Assembly: GCF_902652985.1 (NCBI RefSeq)
Contig: NC_047027.1
Location: 18,972,001-19,036,000, forward strand
Length of the DNA stretch: 64,000 nucleotides
Origin: Pecten maximus
Lineage: Eukaryota
Direction of reading: 5' to 3'
The position numbers were made by a program, and so were the translations under genes. This document shows positions 1 through 14,918 of the stretch, piece by piece (the first letter of the stretch is position 1; each line of letters begins with the position of its first letter). The notes under the pieces were generated by a model that was not told the origin of the DNA, searched no databases, and saw nothing but the letters and a program-made list of their open reading frames with translations.

Positions 1-185
1 CTTCATTTTGTCTTTCCTTTTTATTCGATATCTGCTTGTTAATGTATGACTTCATTTTGTCTTTCCTTTTTATTCGATATCTGCTTGTTAATGTATGAGC
101 TCATTTTGTCTTCCTTTTTATTCGGTTTGGGCTTGTTAATGTATGAGCTCATTTTGTCTTTCCTATTTATTCGGTATCTGTATGT
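1..185. repeat. ~49-bp tandem repeat, ~4 copies, runs off window start
   Basis: Unit CTTCATTTTGTCTTTCCTTTTTATTCGATATCTGCTTGTTAATGTATGA at 1, 50, ~100 and ~148, progressively diverged. Confidence 0.9.
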
Positions 186-1719
186 CCATTCCATTTTCTT
201 TCCTTACAGTCTAGAATCTTGAATTCAATTTCGTCGTTGAAAAATAACACTGTTACGTCCGTCACGTGTAGATTTTCAGTGACTATACAACACTAAACCA
301 AACCAGCCTCCTTGAGCCATTTTAAGACTATGAAAGCATATACACACCAGCGATATGGTAATTGAATAACCGAAATGCTAGCGCGGTGAATTAAACCACA
401 ATACGAGATGTCTTTATTTGTTTTTCAGACATTTTTAGAACTAATTACATCTCGTTAAAGCCTGCAGATGTCTACAGAGGTAGATTTAAAACCGTACTTA
501 CAGAGTCCGGTACAACGTAAAGCCCACGTGTTATGTAAATAGTGATGTTGCTGTACTTCATATTCTGTCCCAGTACACAAGAATGTGTGACGTCATCTCC
601 ATGCATAAATGTATTTATGTAGTATATATGTACATTCTACACTCTGTCACCTTCATCAGACAAAATGGCCGTTGGTTTGATTTATTTTGTTTAACATCTT
701 ATTAACAGCCGGGGTCATGTCCACTGAAGCGTGTATACACTTAGGTTTTAACTGTACGAGATTGTAGTAACTATACAAGCCAGTTCAACTATGATTTGCA
801 ACTAGCTTATCGTAGAGGTAGAAGAGTGTATGGACCCCCTCATCTCGATTTAGAATCGACCCATTACAGCGTTTCCGGATGATTTTCTTTACATTCAGCT
901 CGCAAAGTTGCACTCTGTTAACCACGTTGGAATTGCACCAGCCAACACCATGATTTTGCTGTGCTATGTGATTGTCAATTTATTGATCTGAGAATGTGAT
1001 TGCTTTCCGTTTCGAATCTGTTGCACATTCTGCCACCTTGCATTAGGTTTCTGTGTCATTCTTGTGTCCAGGAATAGGGATCCCCGATCTCCTACCAGTT
1101 CTATCAAACGATTTTTACATCCTGAGACAATTTCAAATAGATTGACAGATTTTTGTATTTCCCTTTCTCTCCCGACTATATGCTCTGTTTTCCGCCGTAA
1201 GTGTCTATACTTGGGACACACATGATCTTTGTGGTCGCGAGGGCGTTAAATTCGTACAAACAAAACCTACATCTCAAACATCTAGAGCCTTGTGTGGGAC
1301 GCCCGTGGCATGTCCATTGTCAGAATGATAGGCCCGGAGGAGAGAAGTTGCCGTTACCTATAAGAGTAGAAGAAATAGATAATATGAAAATAGATGATCA
1401 TTTGTTCGGTGACAAGTGCTTATTCAAATCTGATGGAGAGGATAATGAACTACTGTACAATTAAAAAACGGAAAGCTCATCGTTCCGAACAAGAGTAAAT
1501 CTATTGAAAAATATCTAAATACATGTATGTATGAGTTTATACTAAGTCACGAACCACTGCAGGATTCTACTCCGTCAGTCTACATTATTCCTTTCTTCAT
1601 CTCCTCATTTTTAAGGACTTTCAAATTTCAAGTTATTGTACAACGTTCCATATGTATCAACTTTCCCGTGTATTACCTGCTAAGGTGGGATAGCCTGTGG
1701 TAAGCGAAATGATACATTA

Positions 1720-2228
1720 AACAAGGGCCCAATGGGCCCGAATCGCTCACCTGCAATGCAGTAATCTTTTCATATATGGATCCTGCAGTTATTTGAAAGC
1801 ATGCTACAGGACCAATATAATGTCTCTCGGCACTTTGGCTATTTAGAAGTCATTTATAGATTTAAGCATACTTAACCGACGTGACCTTGAATGTGAGTCG
1901 GGGTCATTCATTTGAACAAACTTGGTAGCCCTTCACCCCAGCATGCTACAGACCCAATATCAACTCCCTGTGACTCTTGGTTATTGAGAAGAAGTCGTTT
2001 AAAGATTTTAGCCTTTTTAACTACTGTGACCTTGAATGAAGGTCAACTTTATTCATTTGCACAAGCTTGGTAGCCCTTCACCCCAGCATGCTACAGGCCC
2101 AATATTAGGTCTCTGGGCCTTTTGGTTATTGAGAAGAAGTTGTTTAAATGGAAAAGTTGACTCCGGATGGACGGACGGCCGGCCGGACGACGGACGCCGC
2201 GCCACGGCATATCGGGCAGGTGAGATAA
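1720..2228 (-). mobile_element. Helentron-associated non-autonomous element (HINE/DINE-1-like)
   Basis: Terminal palindrome GGGCCCAATGGGCCC, subterminal inverted repeats CTCACCTG...CAGGTGAG, internal ~145-bp degenerate repeats (TGACCTTGAATG) and a GGAC microsatellite near 2165-2200. Confidence 0.7.
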
Positions 2229-2448
2229 TCCGTACTGGCAGAATTTGCTTCTACAAAAGTGATCATGATGGTGTCCAACGTTACTTAAAAACACGTTTAG
2301 TTAACATGTGTACAGTTGTAAATAAACATGGCGTGTCAGTAGTGTTATAAACACTAGGGAAAACATTCACCTAATTTGCATGTGTACACATTTATGTAAA
2401 AGAAAACACAGACATAATTGAAAATGTCGCCCACAGAAAACCCATGCA

Positions 2449-2584
2449 NNNNNNNNNNNNNNNNNNNNNNNNNNNNNNNNNNNNNNNNNNNNNNNNNNNN
2501 NNNNNNNNNNNNNNNNNNNNNNNNNNNNNNNNNNNNNNNNNNNNNNNNNNNNNNNNNNNNNNNNNNNNNNNNNNNNNNNNNNNN
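2449..2584. other. Assembly gap (136 N)
   Basis: Run of N. Confidence 1.
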
Positions 2585-3005
2585 TTACATCCGATTACGG
2601 TTTTCAAATTAGTATTTTTTAATTAGAATATGAATAACATAAGTATGATTTACAATACTTTTTGTTGTTGAACGAATATCTTGTGTATTAAATATGTATT
2701 TAAAACAACTTTATTGTGTGTGCCATGCATGTATGGGCCGTTGATTGGTAATTCGTGCCGAGTTCAAGTGGACACATGATTACAAACAAAGTCTAATATC
2801 GGGGCTTGTGCAAGTCTAAAGCTTACACGATAGTGATTCTCGAGAGGTTTAAATATAGCAAATTGCAAACTATTGAACCAATCAAATCGACGGGCTAAAA
2901 AAAGAATAGGTATTGCACCATGACCAGTAAACAGTGTTATTTAAACGCGAGAAACTCGAGTTTTTAACAGAGTGAACTTCACTAGAGAACGATCAAGAGA
3001 TAGAA

Positions 3006-6000
3006 ATGGTGTACAAAATTGACAAATGCCGGGTTCATTCCGGGAACACACTGCGAGCCTCCAATTCAAGGTAACGTAAACATAACAATCACGAGACATC
3101 CATAAAAATGACGTCATAGCACAGATATAAACACTGTCGTACACAAATAATTAGAACCCAAGATTTATTGCATTTCCTTTATATTTTAGTTTATTTCAAA
3201 CATCAATAAATTAATTAACAACGAGAACAGAAACTGTCTTTGAATTGAAAATAAAGATAAAACTTTTTCGATAATATTCGTCCTGTTGTAACGATCACAA
3301 CCATTATGGATATGGCAAAATATATGAGGGTTTGAAATACTGTACATTTGGTAATACATTGTATTTTCGAAGTCATTAAAACATAGCGCAAGTGTTCCCA
3401 GGGCGGTGTTGTACGAAATTTAATACACAGGATCTAGTTCCGACCGAGACAACCGCGAAATATTCTCCCCGTGAACTTTAACCAGTATATAAAATATACA
3501 GTATAACATTGAAGAGGATAGACATCAAATTGTTGTAGATTCATGTACTTCAAATTACCCTACCGGTTTCTAGCTCAACTCCTTTCTTCGGTTTTCGTAT
3601 TTCTTTCCAGTTGAGCATGCGCGATGATTTTTTAGAGTTAGGATATTTAGACGGGAAAGTATTGTTGATTGGTCAATCCGGATGTTCCTGCCTACCGGTC
3701 ATGTAAAAACGAGCATACTCGTTGTTTGGCAGGATATACAATAGTTGTTTATTCAGTTATTTATTTATTTACTTAGTTATTTATTTATTTACTTATTATT
3801 ATTTTAGGTACAACCGTCAGTATAGAAAGCAGTCATGTCTGGTAAGACAGTCTCAAAACGTTGCCAAGGTAACCACAATTCTGGAAGAACTAGGTTTGAA
3901 TATGGACAACGTTGCTTACTCCCTCAACAAAAAAGGCAGATGGCTTGTGCCGCAGGTCCTGAAACACGAGATATTAACCGGAAGTCAAGCATTTGATGAT
4001 GTGAAAGTGAATCTGGTAGAGTCCCATAAATTAAAAAAGCAAGCTAAATGTACAGGGTTTCACTCCAACAAAGGATTATTACGCAGAGTGATTCCGAAGG
4101 GGAAAACCTACTTCAATTCCAGGAGTGTGCTTGGTCACCAAGAAGAGTCAACAACTCCAACGATGACCGTGAATGTCCTTTACCCGTGCCCGGTAACAAG
4201 TTCCATCACCCATAATCCTAAGTATATCCGGGCTGAGGAACATACCCCTGGAGATTTTGAGCTGGACTCAACTGACAAGATACCTAAGCAAACCAACCCA
4301 ATTAAAAGTAAATCTAAGAAGAACCGCAGGAAAATAGGAACAAAGCGAATATTGAACGACTTTCTAGACGATGTCGAATATCTAGAGAGCGAAGAGCATG
4401 ATTTTGATGACCCGTGTAGAGTTGATGACGTATGTAAAAGGTCAAATACTGTGTCTGTTGACGATTTACTCCATCATTCATGGCGAATGCAAAGTAACCT
4501 CAGAGAAACAACGATGAAAAAATCCACAAATCACTGTAGTGAATTTAAAGACAAGATAGTGTACATGGAAAGACCCCAGGAGGGTGTAGATAAAAATGAT
4601 ACGAACAGGACAGATTACCGGAAACCAGCCCAGCCCACGGCCCTGACACCTGGTGCCAAAGTGTTTATCCCAAACAGTGACGTCATTCCGGAGAGACTTT
4701 TGGACACATACGGTAAAGACTACACCGAATGTCATTGCTATCCAAGAAAATTTATCATTGACATCACAAAGAGAGTTAAAAAGACAACTTCCAATTCGAA
4801 AGCTTTCTACGATCAAGATATGCAGTCCGTTGACTTTTCCTCAGCTCTTGTTTTCGTCTACGATATGTTTGGCGGTATCGACAGCGCTGATTTAGGTTTA
4901 TTTAGAGTTTCCCTCAACATGAACACCACACTCAATTATAAATTGAATATCAATACAATACTAGAGGAAGACGTCCTTGCTGTTGAGGGAGTGATAAACG
5001 GAGCTACAAAATACATTGGAACCATTCCATACGACCAATTTGTCCACAAGTCGCCAGCTTACAACTGTAGCAGTTCTTCTACAACTGATTTCGAAATGTT
5101 GAGTAAAAGCATTGGACCCATAACAAAGACATTTACTCCAGATTATGTAACTGTTCAAGACATTATCAACAACAAAGATGAAGCAGAAACGCACGGAATA
5201 TCTCAAGCATGCTTGGGAATGGTAACGCCCCCTCCGGATATATGCTCCATTTGTTTCGGACCAATTTCAGAAGGCTCAGCTACAGCTCTACAGAGCTGTG
5301 GACACTGGTTTTGTAATACCTGTTGGAATGAACATTTAATCGCGTCAGAAAATGGCGTATTAGGAGCTGTCACGTGCCCTGAATACAACTGCAAATCAAA
5401 AGTCGTCTTCAATGTCTTACTGACGATGTCACATTTTAGACTCGTAGAACGCATTTTCCGTCGGATTCGAAACAATATAATTGAGACCGACTCCAACACG
5501 AAATGGTGTCCGAACAAAAACTGCGGACGAATAGTTAAGTATAAGAAAACAAGCAAGGGACAATGCTCAAATGTAACCTGCGACTGCGGTACACAGATGT
5601 GTTTTGATTGCCTACAACCGGCCCACTGGCCGCTACCATGTGACCAGTATACATCATACGCAGCTCAACTACGTGAAAACGGAGATGACCGATTCTACAT
5701 TAAAGCATCGTCAGATACACGCATAGATTTTATTAGAGGAAAGGAATGCCCGAAATGCAAGCGTTTTATAGAGAAAGACGGTGGATGCTTCCACATGACC
5801 TGCGTGTGTAATACGTCATTCTGTTGGGGATGCGGTAAACCTTTTCCAGGTCATGTGATCACAAGTTCCTGTAATTATTCAGGTAGACGAAACGACGATG
5901 GAAACGGATTCAGAGCTACAGCGGTAGAACTGATAGATGAGGTGAAATCCACAGCCCCCGTTTCATCAAACGCTTATAAACATGCTGTCCAAAACCGATT

Positions 6001-6448
6001 TCTGCGCCAACCGGCCAACGTCAGGCGAATGTCATCTGTAGTGCATGGGATTTCGCTCAGACTCCTGATTTTGAACCGTCGTCATGGTAACCGCATTGGT
6101 GGTGAGCTAGCAGAGTTCCAACCTTCCAAGTCAGCTCACGATCTGTCAGTTAGAGAGAAGTTTGGACCTTTCCTTCACAGCATGGTCCGTGTTTACATAG
6201 AAATCTCACACATTACCGAATATACAACAATATTCTTAGCCAGTGCTAATAACATGGAGCGAATTGGACCTTCTAAACATGTTGTGTCTGCCATTCTGCA
6301 TCATTTGGAAGGCTTAGGAGAGGAAATAGTCTTCATATTCCGCTTAGCCAGTCAACAAGAAACAAGGAATTGTATTTCCCGATTGTGGCAAGTGCGCCTC
6401 CAGTGTAGAAAAGCAGTTGACAATTTATTCAAGTTAATAAGTTGTTAA
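3006..6448 (+). CDS. RBR (RING1-IBR-RING2) E3 ubiquitin ligase, Ariadne-like, ~901 aa; exons 3006-3070 and 3808-6448
   Basis: RING1 CSIC...CGHWFCNTC...CPEYNC, IBR WCPNKNC...CDC...CFDC...HWPLPC and RING2 CPKC..IEKDGGCFHMTC.C...FCWGC with the catalytic Cys. The first ~28 aa of ORF 3722 are an intronic T-rich tract ending in TTTTAG at 3807. The exon ATG3006..AAG|GTAACG (phase 2) splices in frame. AATAAA at 6561. Confidence 0.88.
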
Positions 6449-9400
6449 ATATTCACAAGGCCTATTCAAAAGAAATTTGACACAAATTGTATAACTTAAA
6501 AACGTCCTTTTCCATAATCATGTATACAATGGTATTAACAAATGACAGCATTTGCGATATAATAAAAAAGATTTATGACATATTTATATATATAGAAAAT
6601 ATAAAAAATAACTTTGTTATGTAAGGTGACAATACACAATACGTATGCTTACGTATACCAATACCCACAATTTACATCAAATTTATTGAAACCCATTAAG
6701 CAAATAAATTCAATGACCACGACTTAGTTATTAAAGTGAATATCATACACAACATACATTATAACAAGTAAAATACTGATATATCAACAAATGTGTGAAA
6801 AGTACGTATATACATGTATATACAGTGTATATTGATGCTGTTGTTCATTTTACGTCATTTTCCCCGCTCGTCTCGACTGTAATAAGTTATTTCAATAACA
6901 TTATCTGATTTCATAATTCTTTTGTTTATATTTGTCAAACATGTCAAATGCATGTTCATTGCTTCTATTCAAAATATTAATGTCAATTATCAATGACCTT
7001 AGAGTTGAAAATATAACATTAACGATTTAATTGACGACAAGCAGATTAAGCATTATATATTGTGGAAATAAGGTCAATGGTATTATCTGTATATTTGATA
7101 GGTGAAGAAGAAAGTGTTATCTAAAAATAAAGCAACATATAATTATTGAATAGACCATCTAAAACGTTTTATTATTCTGATAAGATGTGAGTACTTACTG
7201 ATATGCCAAACTTATTCAGTAAAAGGAGGTGTATAACTTTAACAAATTACGAATAAATGTTAAATTTATTTATTTATATGTTTGTTTTACAAAGTTCCTG
7301 TATGGGAATGTACAAAAGACAATTGATAGTGATGCAAAAACAAATCTGATGAAAGTTCAGATCATCATTATACACTAGGATATGCAGCGTGGTGTATAAT
7401 GATTTTGTTGGAGTTGATAAGAGATTCATTCGAAACGTCTTAGTTTGTATTGATCTATTCATTTTCTAAAAAAGAAAAAGAAAAAAAAAAAGAAAAAGAA
7501 AAAAAATAAAAAGAGAGAAAAATATCTTAGTTTTAATAGTTGACAATTTGTTTTGTTCCGGCAAAGAATACCTAGTAGATGAATAATGGCTTCTATTCCA
7601 GTGTGACACATTACTTTTGGTTACACATCAATACAATCACTACCAAGGTTGTGTTAACTACAACAAACTGATAGGTATTATCATTAAAACATCACACATT
7701 TAAACTGATTATTACAAAAGAATCGATCATGATTCATTGTCCTAAAAGCTGAATGTTTTTTTTTTTTTTTTCATTAATAGTTGATACAGATAAGAAGTAT
7801 TTTTATGGTATAGGTACTGTTGGAGTTGTGGCCTGGTGCAGTGTTGATAGTAGTGGGTCCTGATATCCAGATAAAACCATTGCACCATCTGACAATAAAT
7901 ATAAAATCGTATGGATTTATTTCGGATCAAAGAATACTAAGATACATGTGAAGTAACAAAATCATACTGGTACTTCTAGTTAAAAAATATTATCACACAA
8001 TAATCTTGTTAGCCAATTATATGGAATTTGATATGGACAATGGCGTTGCGTCTTTAATTGAAGATGACATAACAAAATGGCTGCCTCCTTTTGATTTTGC
8101 ACTCCACATTTTGACTAAAGAACTTGTGAAAAATACATTTATTCACATTTCATCTGAAACTCGTTTTGAAGTTTTAATTTTTGCTAAGGCTCGCAAAAAT
8201 AAAAAAAACCATGAGGGCTCGTTTTATAAAATCTCACAAAAAAAATAAAACTGATTTATGGTCATATACATACAGAAATATACACTATTATATTAATGAT
8301 ATATCAGAGATAATAAAATAGATTAATCCTTCGATTTATACACTGAAAACCTTAATGCACTATTTATCGTTACACCAACCGTGAAGCGATTTATTCAGAC
8401 TGTATGCTGATGTATATATTAATACACCAATCTATTATCTGGAGCACTTAATATCAAAGTCAAGCACTTTGATCAAAGGTGGACAACTCTAAGATATTTA
8501 AAAATGATGTAATACATCACGTCTTTATTTACACATCTTTTCATTTGACTCGATATAATATTGCAGTTATTTTAATCATTCATAGCATAGTGATACATCT
8601 TTTGGGGGAATCATTATATAATTAACAATGCTGATCCTGTGGTTGCAGGAGGACAGGCTAACATGGCTCTGCTCCATTGACAGGTATAATTCAAACTGAG
8701 TGAGCCGACATGAGTCTTACCGATTACTAGTCTGCCAAACTCTTACCCGAGGGTTGAGATATTCCTGTTCACAGAACAGGCCCGTGTTTGATTATTTTTC
8801 TCCCAGATCTTTTTTTCTGTGGACGAATTACACATGTTTATTTAGATGGAATTTTGATTACTAATTAGTATGCGAGAAAAATAATTAACCATGGGTCTGT
8901 TACGTGGACAATATTCATAAGACAACATCAATACTATAGTATAGCAACTAATCTTATAAATTCTTTGTGGTTGGCTTTCCATTTTGTTTTCCTGTTTTAG
9001 CAATAGCCGATGTCACAGTAAATGTACCATCTTTAGAACGCTGACCCAGGTTGAATTAGTTTACAATGCATGTATACGAGGACGTTAAGATCTGATATAT
9101 AACTAGGCATACACCAAGTTGCAAACGACTTACTTGCCTACTTTTGCTATACGGAGGAGGGTGTTGGAAGAGCTCTACGCGTGCATTGTAGGTCTGTATG
9201 CTCACGAGTCATTCTTCACTGAAAAGTGTTGATACCGTGTCGTCTACTTGGAGAAATTAAAATTTTGTTTATACAGGAATCAAAAGTGAATGTATCATCT
9301 AGATAAAAAAAATACATAGCTAGAAAAATAGCCAAAATTCAGAAATTGTTTTGTTAAGTATTTCTATAAAATGTTGTTATAAGTAAGTGGTCGTTTAATG

Positions 9401-12400
9401 ACGAATTAGGGAAATAAATCTACACTACCAGGCAATCTTACGGTAAAGGACATTACTTTTGGAATTTGCAAAATGTCGACCTAAATTCTTACTTTCTCGG
9501 ATATGGGAATCTAAACCCTAGGTTGAGACAAGGAATTCTAATCAAAGCAAAGGTTAAGTCCGTGATTGCTTATCGTTTCCGTTGTAGAAATGTGATATAT
9601 CTAAAGGTAAACATTTGTAAAAATTGTCACCTTTTTTTTATTGGCAGTTTATGTATTTCGGTTTTAACTCAACATTACTATAAATGGTGTCACAAATCAT
9701 TAATAAATCCTTATAAAGCATAAGCGTTACTTTCCATAGCGCGATTTATATTCATCTAGTCAAGTGAGAAACAGTTATAGAAAAGGAAATCGTTTGAAAA
9801 CTTGAGTTCGGAAGAAATTTAATTCATTTCATCATATTTTATTGTGCAACAACTTGATTGAACATCAGGTTTAAGCCTATACCAAAGTTATCATCGTAGC
9901 ATAGTACATTCAATACAAAAATGAATATCCAGTAATTAGTCAAAAACTGAAGAAAAAAATAGATTATACATAGAAAAAGAATTGTAAAATAAACAACGAT
10001 AATCTTAAATGGATTTTTAAAAATTAAATTTCAGTTTGCTATTTTTACAATTTATTATTTAAATAAACAATCATGTTCATTTTACTATGCGGGAGAGAGG
10101 CAAGTGCTTGCTAAAAACCAGAGTTTCCGTCTGTAATTTCCATTTAGTAAAATACCAGTAGTTTTCCACTGATAAATCATTCATCTTTCTACCACGTATA
10201 ATTAAATTGATCCACTTTAAGGTTAAGAATAAATAGTTACACTCATCCGAAGTTTAGTTAAGATTACATAAGATTTCCCATTATGATTGCTCTATAATCA
10301 ATCTTTTACATAACCAGTAAGTCACCATGCCTCATTCAGTATACACCCTACAAGGTATGTAAGTAATGTAAAAATACTAATTACAATGTAGTAACATGAT
10401 TTCATAATATATGTTCACGTTATGAGATATAGAATCAGTAATTGTGAATATTGATATATGTTATCAGTAAGATTCACATCAGTAGATAGGAATATATTCA
10501 AAATCATAAAGTGGTAATGTAGATGTATTCTAGTGATATTACTCAACCGAATGTAAAAACCAAAAGATAGTTAAACTCTTTGCAAAGTCTCGGTTAGACG
10601 AACAATGATCTCATCATCGATTGGAGATACCTGCTCTCACCTCACGCTGTCAAACATGAGGATCAACCTTCTAGGGTAAGTAGAATCTTATAAAATTGTA
10701 CTGTAGTAGTGTTTAATAGATTATGAATACATTCAAATTTTGTATTTGTATAGAGACAAGTTTCATTGTGATAGGATTTTTTTCAAAAACAGTTACTTAT
10801 TATTCATGCTTAAAGGTTTTACAATAAAAACTTTATGTTTAGACGTGATTCTCGATATAAGCTGATCGATATATTATTTATATATAAATAATTTTATCAA
10901 ATTATGGTACATAATACTCTTATCTTGATTCTTTAACGGGAAACATTTCCAAAATGGTAAAAACTAAAGAATTACATTTTCTAGCAGAAACATGCGAGAA
11001 TCGAAATCAAATTCTGGAAAATTTGGAGAGAAAAATATCAAAAACGTTCATCTGTCGTTTAGACAACATCATCAGTTCATAATGAAAGTTGCAAATAAGA
11101 TCAATAAAATGACATTCTTACCTTCTCTGAAAATATTATTTTCTTTCAACATATTAGGTATCTGTCCACTGCTGTCACGGTATATAGACTTGAAATTGGA
11201 TCTTTTGGATTGTATATTCTGAGGACGTCAGTATTATTTAGATCTCGAAATAGTATATAAGGATTGATGAAATCTCATATTACTATTGCAGATCTTTTCA
11301 GAAGTTGATTTTTTAGAGAGAGAGAGATATTTCAGAAGTTGATTTGAATGACAACTTCTATCAAATGATAGCTTCTATCTTCAGTGTATGTGTAGGTGTT
11401 CTGATTAATGTTATTACTAACATTTATAGCAAGTAATATGTAGGAATGATGAAATAAGATTTTTACTGAGTAGACCATAGGACAACACAATGACTTCTTT
11501 AAATATATATTCATAAAACGATTGAAAAAATGCAAAAAAAAAATCATGCTCCCAAGGTAAAGGTGTCATCAGATATGGAAAACTGCAGTGATTAATACCT
11601 TCCTCTTTCTTACATATGTATGGCGATTAATATTTCTGTACTAAGCTTTGTATAAATTGCAGCTGAAGGGTATATTTATTCTATTTATACTGTATGGGTA
11701 GTGTGACATTGCCAGCTGCTAATTGTTATGACACAACACTTTAGTCTGTTGTATATGATACATATAAATAAGTAAATATATTTCCTGAATTAACCACAAT
11801 CTGATTTGCTGAAACTTGATTTGGTAATATTGATTTTGTTTCTAGCGATGTATTTTCAATTGTTGAAATATTAAAACCTTGAGTTTTATTTCCAACATTC
11901 TATTTTCGTCAGAATACTTTTCATGACATTTCATATCAACCATTTAATGATAGTGAGTTTATCCTGACCCGATATCTTTTTTATGCGACCCGATCCTGTG
12001 GTAAATATATATACTCCGATCTTATAAATTCATTATATGGAAGTTCAATACAGCTTTTCATTCTGTTTTACGTGGTGATATGGTAACAATATATTAAAAT
12101 TAATAAATATTTGGCCATGTTCTGTCAAAGGTTCCCTAATAAACTTCCAATTACGACATACATTATCAATCTTTTTCTCCATGCATAACATGGAGTTATT
12201 TTTTTCAGTTTCCGGTTTAACATAAAATATGAAAGCTACATGTGTATTGGAGAGGGACATACGTCTAAATCGTTTTACTATTGAACAAGGCATGGGAAAT
12301 TAAATCAAAGAATTAATGTAAATAGGTTACTGTCTTCCTCGATGTGTAAAGAAAAAATGTATATTTTTCGAGGGTGGTCTCCCATTAATCATAGATTTTA

Positions 12401-13010
12401 AATCTAAATTTCATGTCAAAACGATGCAATTTGCTTGCCGAAGATTTCAATTATGTCAATATTTATAAAACAACGTATAATAGCTAATTGCCAAGACCAT
12501 TAATTGTACATTTTAATAATAGTATATATATTTAGATTTCCTACAACTGTATATATGCTGTATATCTAAATTTTATATCCTAATATACAAGAATTTTTGT
12601 AGATTGTAAATTTTGTTTAGTATTTTGGCCTATATGTTTTCGAGTTAAAATTGGTTTGTTTGCATGCAAGTATTATACCATTTTCCATCTTTCAAATACT
12701 TTTAATCTTGCTAGCATCTGACTATGTTTCCATTATCTTTCATAGTGTCATAGAACTGTAAATGGGACATTCAAAATCATATCAATGTGTAAGGATAACT
12801 TGGGTTAAAATACAACACCTTTAGGAAATAACAAGGCTCTATGTGAAATATACAACATATACATATATTGTATCCATGATACCAATTAACTTAGATCTGA
12901 GTGAGGATCTGCTTGCTCCTGTAGTTCTTGCATATCAAAATAAGGGTGAGGTATCGAAGTTTTGATAAATAATCATTTTGAAAGAGACATGAATGTAGAA
13001 GAGATATATT

Positions 13011-13182
13011 TCTTAATATGAGAGAAAATATATTAATGATGTCCAAATTTAAAATGAACTAAAATGTTCCGACAAAAATATGATGTAGATGGAGTATCTT
13101 AATATGAGAGAAAATATATCAATGATGTCCAAATTTAAAATGAACTAAAATGTTCTGAAAAAAATATGATGTAGATGGAGTA
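13011..13182. repeat. 86-bp tandem duplication
   Basis: TCTTAATATGAGAGAAAATAT...GTAGATGGAGTA at 13011 and 13097. Confidence 0.9.
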
Positions 13183-14046
13183 TATATATAACAAAATTAA
13201 TACTAGCTTGTATGCGGTGATTTTAATTTTGTTTTGAACAAATAAACAATCGTAAACTACGAATAGGATACTGATAAAATAACTTGATATGGATGATATA
13301 CATAGAAAACAACACCCTGATAGTGAAAGATATACAGGGTGAGAATTGAGAATTGTATTACTACAAATCAGGCTCGTCTAGATTTGCTCAAAATCTTATA
13401 ATTAGGTCATTTATATATAGTAAGCTTGCATGAATACTGTATACATTAGATTATTCCTCGCCATTATCTCTTAAATTCAGTTATATATACATCCGTAATT
13501 TAAAACGGCAAACTGTACACATGATTTTGACATTGGATAATTTTGAAAGAGCTTCATGTGCATTGATAGATAACTTGAATGATAATAAGAAATATTCTTA
13601 TTGATAAGCATTGAAAATATCTTTAAGCCTGAACCCAATGGGCAATCTTAATTCAAATGTAACACGCAGTGCGTCCGACAACAGCTTGTTCAGTTGGGTA
13701 GTGGTTTACAGTCTAAGATTAAAGCTTTAATCGTGAGTATTAGTTACTTACATAGGCTGAAGAAGGGTGATATGTACCATTACGGCGCTGGTACACACTA
13801 CCCTTAAGGGATCATGATATTTACGTATGAACTAATCTGGCTGAGTCAAACTTGTTTTAAGCTGACACGACGTTAATGCCTTGGGCTATCGGTTCCCCGC
13901 AATATTATGTTCACTTATGTAACCTATCGGCAGTTACAGACTGCCTAATCTAGTTTGCCTTAAGGCAGCCGAGAAAGAAAGATCTGATATGTTAGCGAAA
14001 CTTAGAGTGCAGAATATAAGTAAGGTCAATATTATTCCTGATCATT

Positions 14047-14335
14047 CGAACAAGAGTATGCTAATTGCTAGCCGCCACAGAGTATAGGTTCATATAGGTC
14101 TAGATTAGGATAATGTATGGCATTAAGCCAATTCAGTGACAGTCCAAATTAATTTTTTTTTTTTTTTTTAGATATAGAGATAATCGTCTGTCCCTCCCAT
14201 ATTAGATCATTTGGCGATAACGAAATCCGGAATTGCTCCCTATTAGTGCTCCGACCCACCCCTTTCCCCTTAGTGTCCTATGCTCGGTTATAACCGGAAC
14301 AAGGACGTTAAGCCCCATCAATCAATCAATCAATC
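14047..14335 (+). mobile_element. 5'-truncated non-LTR retroposon 3' end with (TCAA)n tail
   Basis: Exact 13-bp target-site duplication ATTCCTGATCATT at 14034-14046 and 14336-14348; ends GGACGTTAAGCCCC(ATCA)n. Confidence 0.75.
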
Positions 14336-14918
14336 ATTCCTGATCATTGATCCGCACCTGGTAGTGCATTAAGATAGAGTATATATCGCAGGAGTTAATC
14401 CAGACATTGGATATTTAGATTCCCTTTTCAAAACAATTAATTAAAGTTTACTACTGCAGCTTTCTCTGTGCCACTAGAGTAGTCATTGTTTTTGTATTGG
14501 TGCTAAGTTGCCCTCCATTTATATCAACATTTCGGTTTTCCCTAAATTCTCTGCTGGAATGATATACATGTAGTTTCATTTTCATTTGTTTTCTTTTGGG
14601 GTGGTATTTACATTGCGTATACGGTATTAATTACAAATTTCATATGTACAAATGTTATCTACTTGCGGGACTTTCGTACTATCCTTTGAAACTAGGGGAA
14701 ATTCAGCCGGGCAAACAAAACTTTTGATAATGAAAAATATGATCAACACCTGCAAATCTTTTGCTATAATATTAACGACCAAAAAATTTCAACCAAAACA
14801 TGAAAATGAAAATAAAAGATAAAAGATACTTACAATTTCACTCACGGGTGGAACATGCGAAGCTGGAATAAATGCGTAAATTCGAGTTGTCATTTGACAC
14901 TTTTTGAGAAAAGTGGGT

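Noticed and set aside
800-1360. GC-richer block with a minus-strand acceptor near 1357 and an 85-aa ORF
   Set aside because: Stops occur in all frames after the acceptor and there is no recognisable domain, so a gene call is unsupported.
3722-3807. Hydrophobic N-terminus of the 908-aa ORF as a signal or TM segment
   Set aside because: It is the (TTTA)n intron end before the acceptor at 3807, and the ORF starts at TTG.
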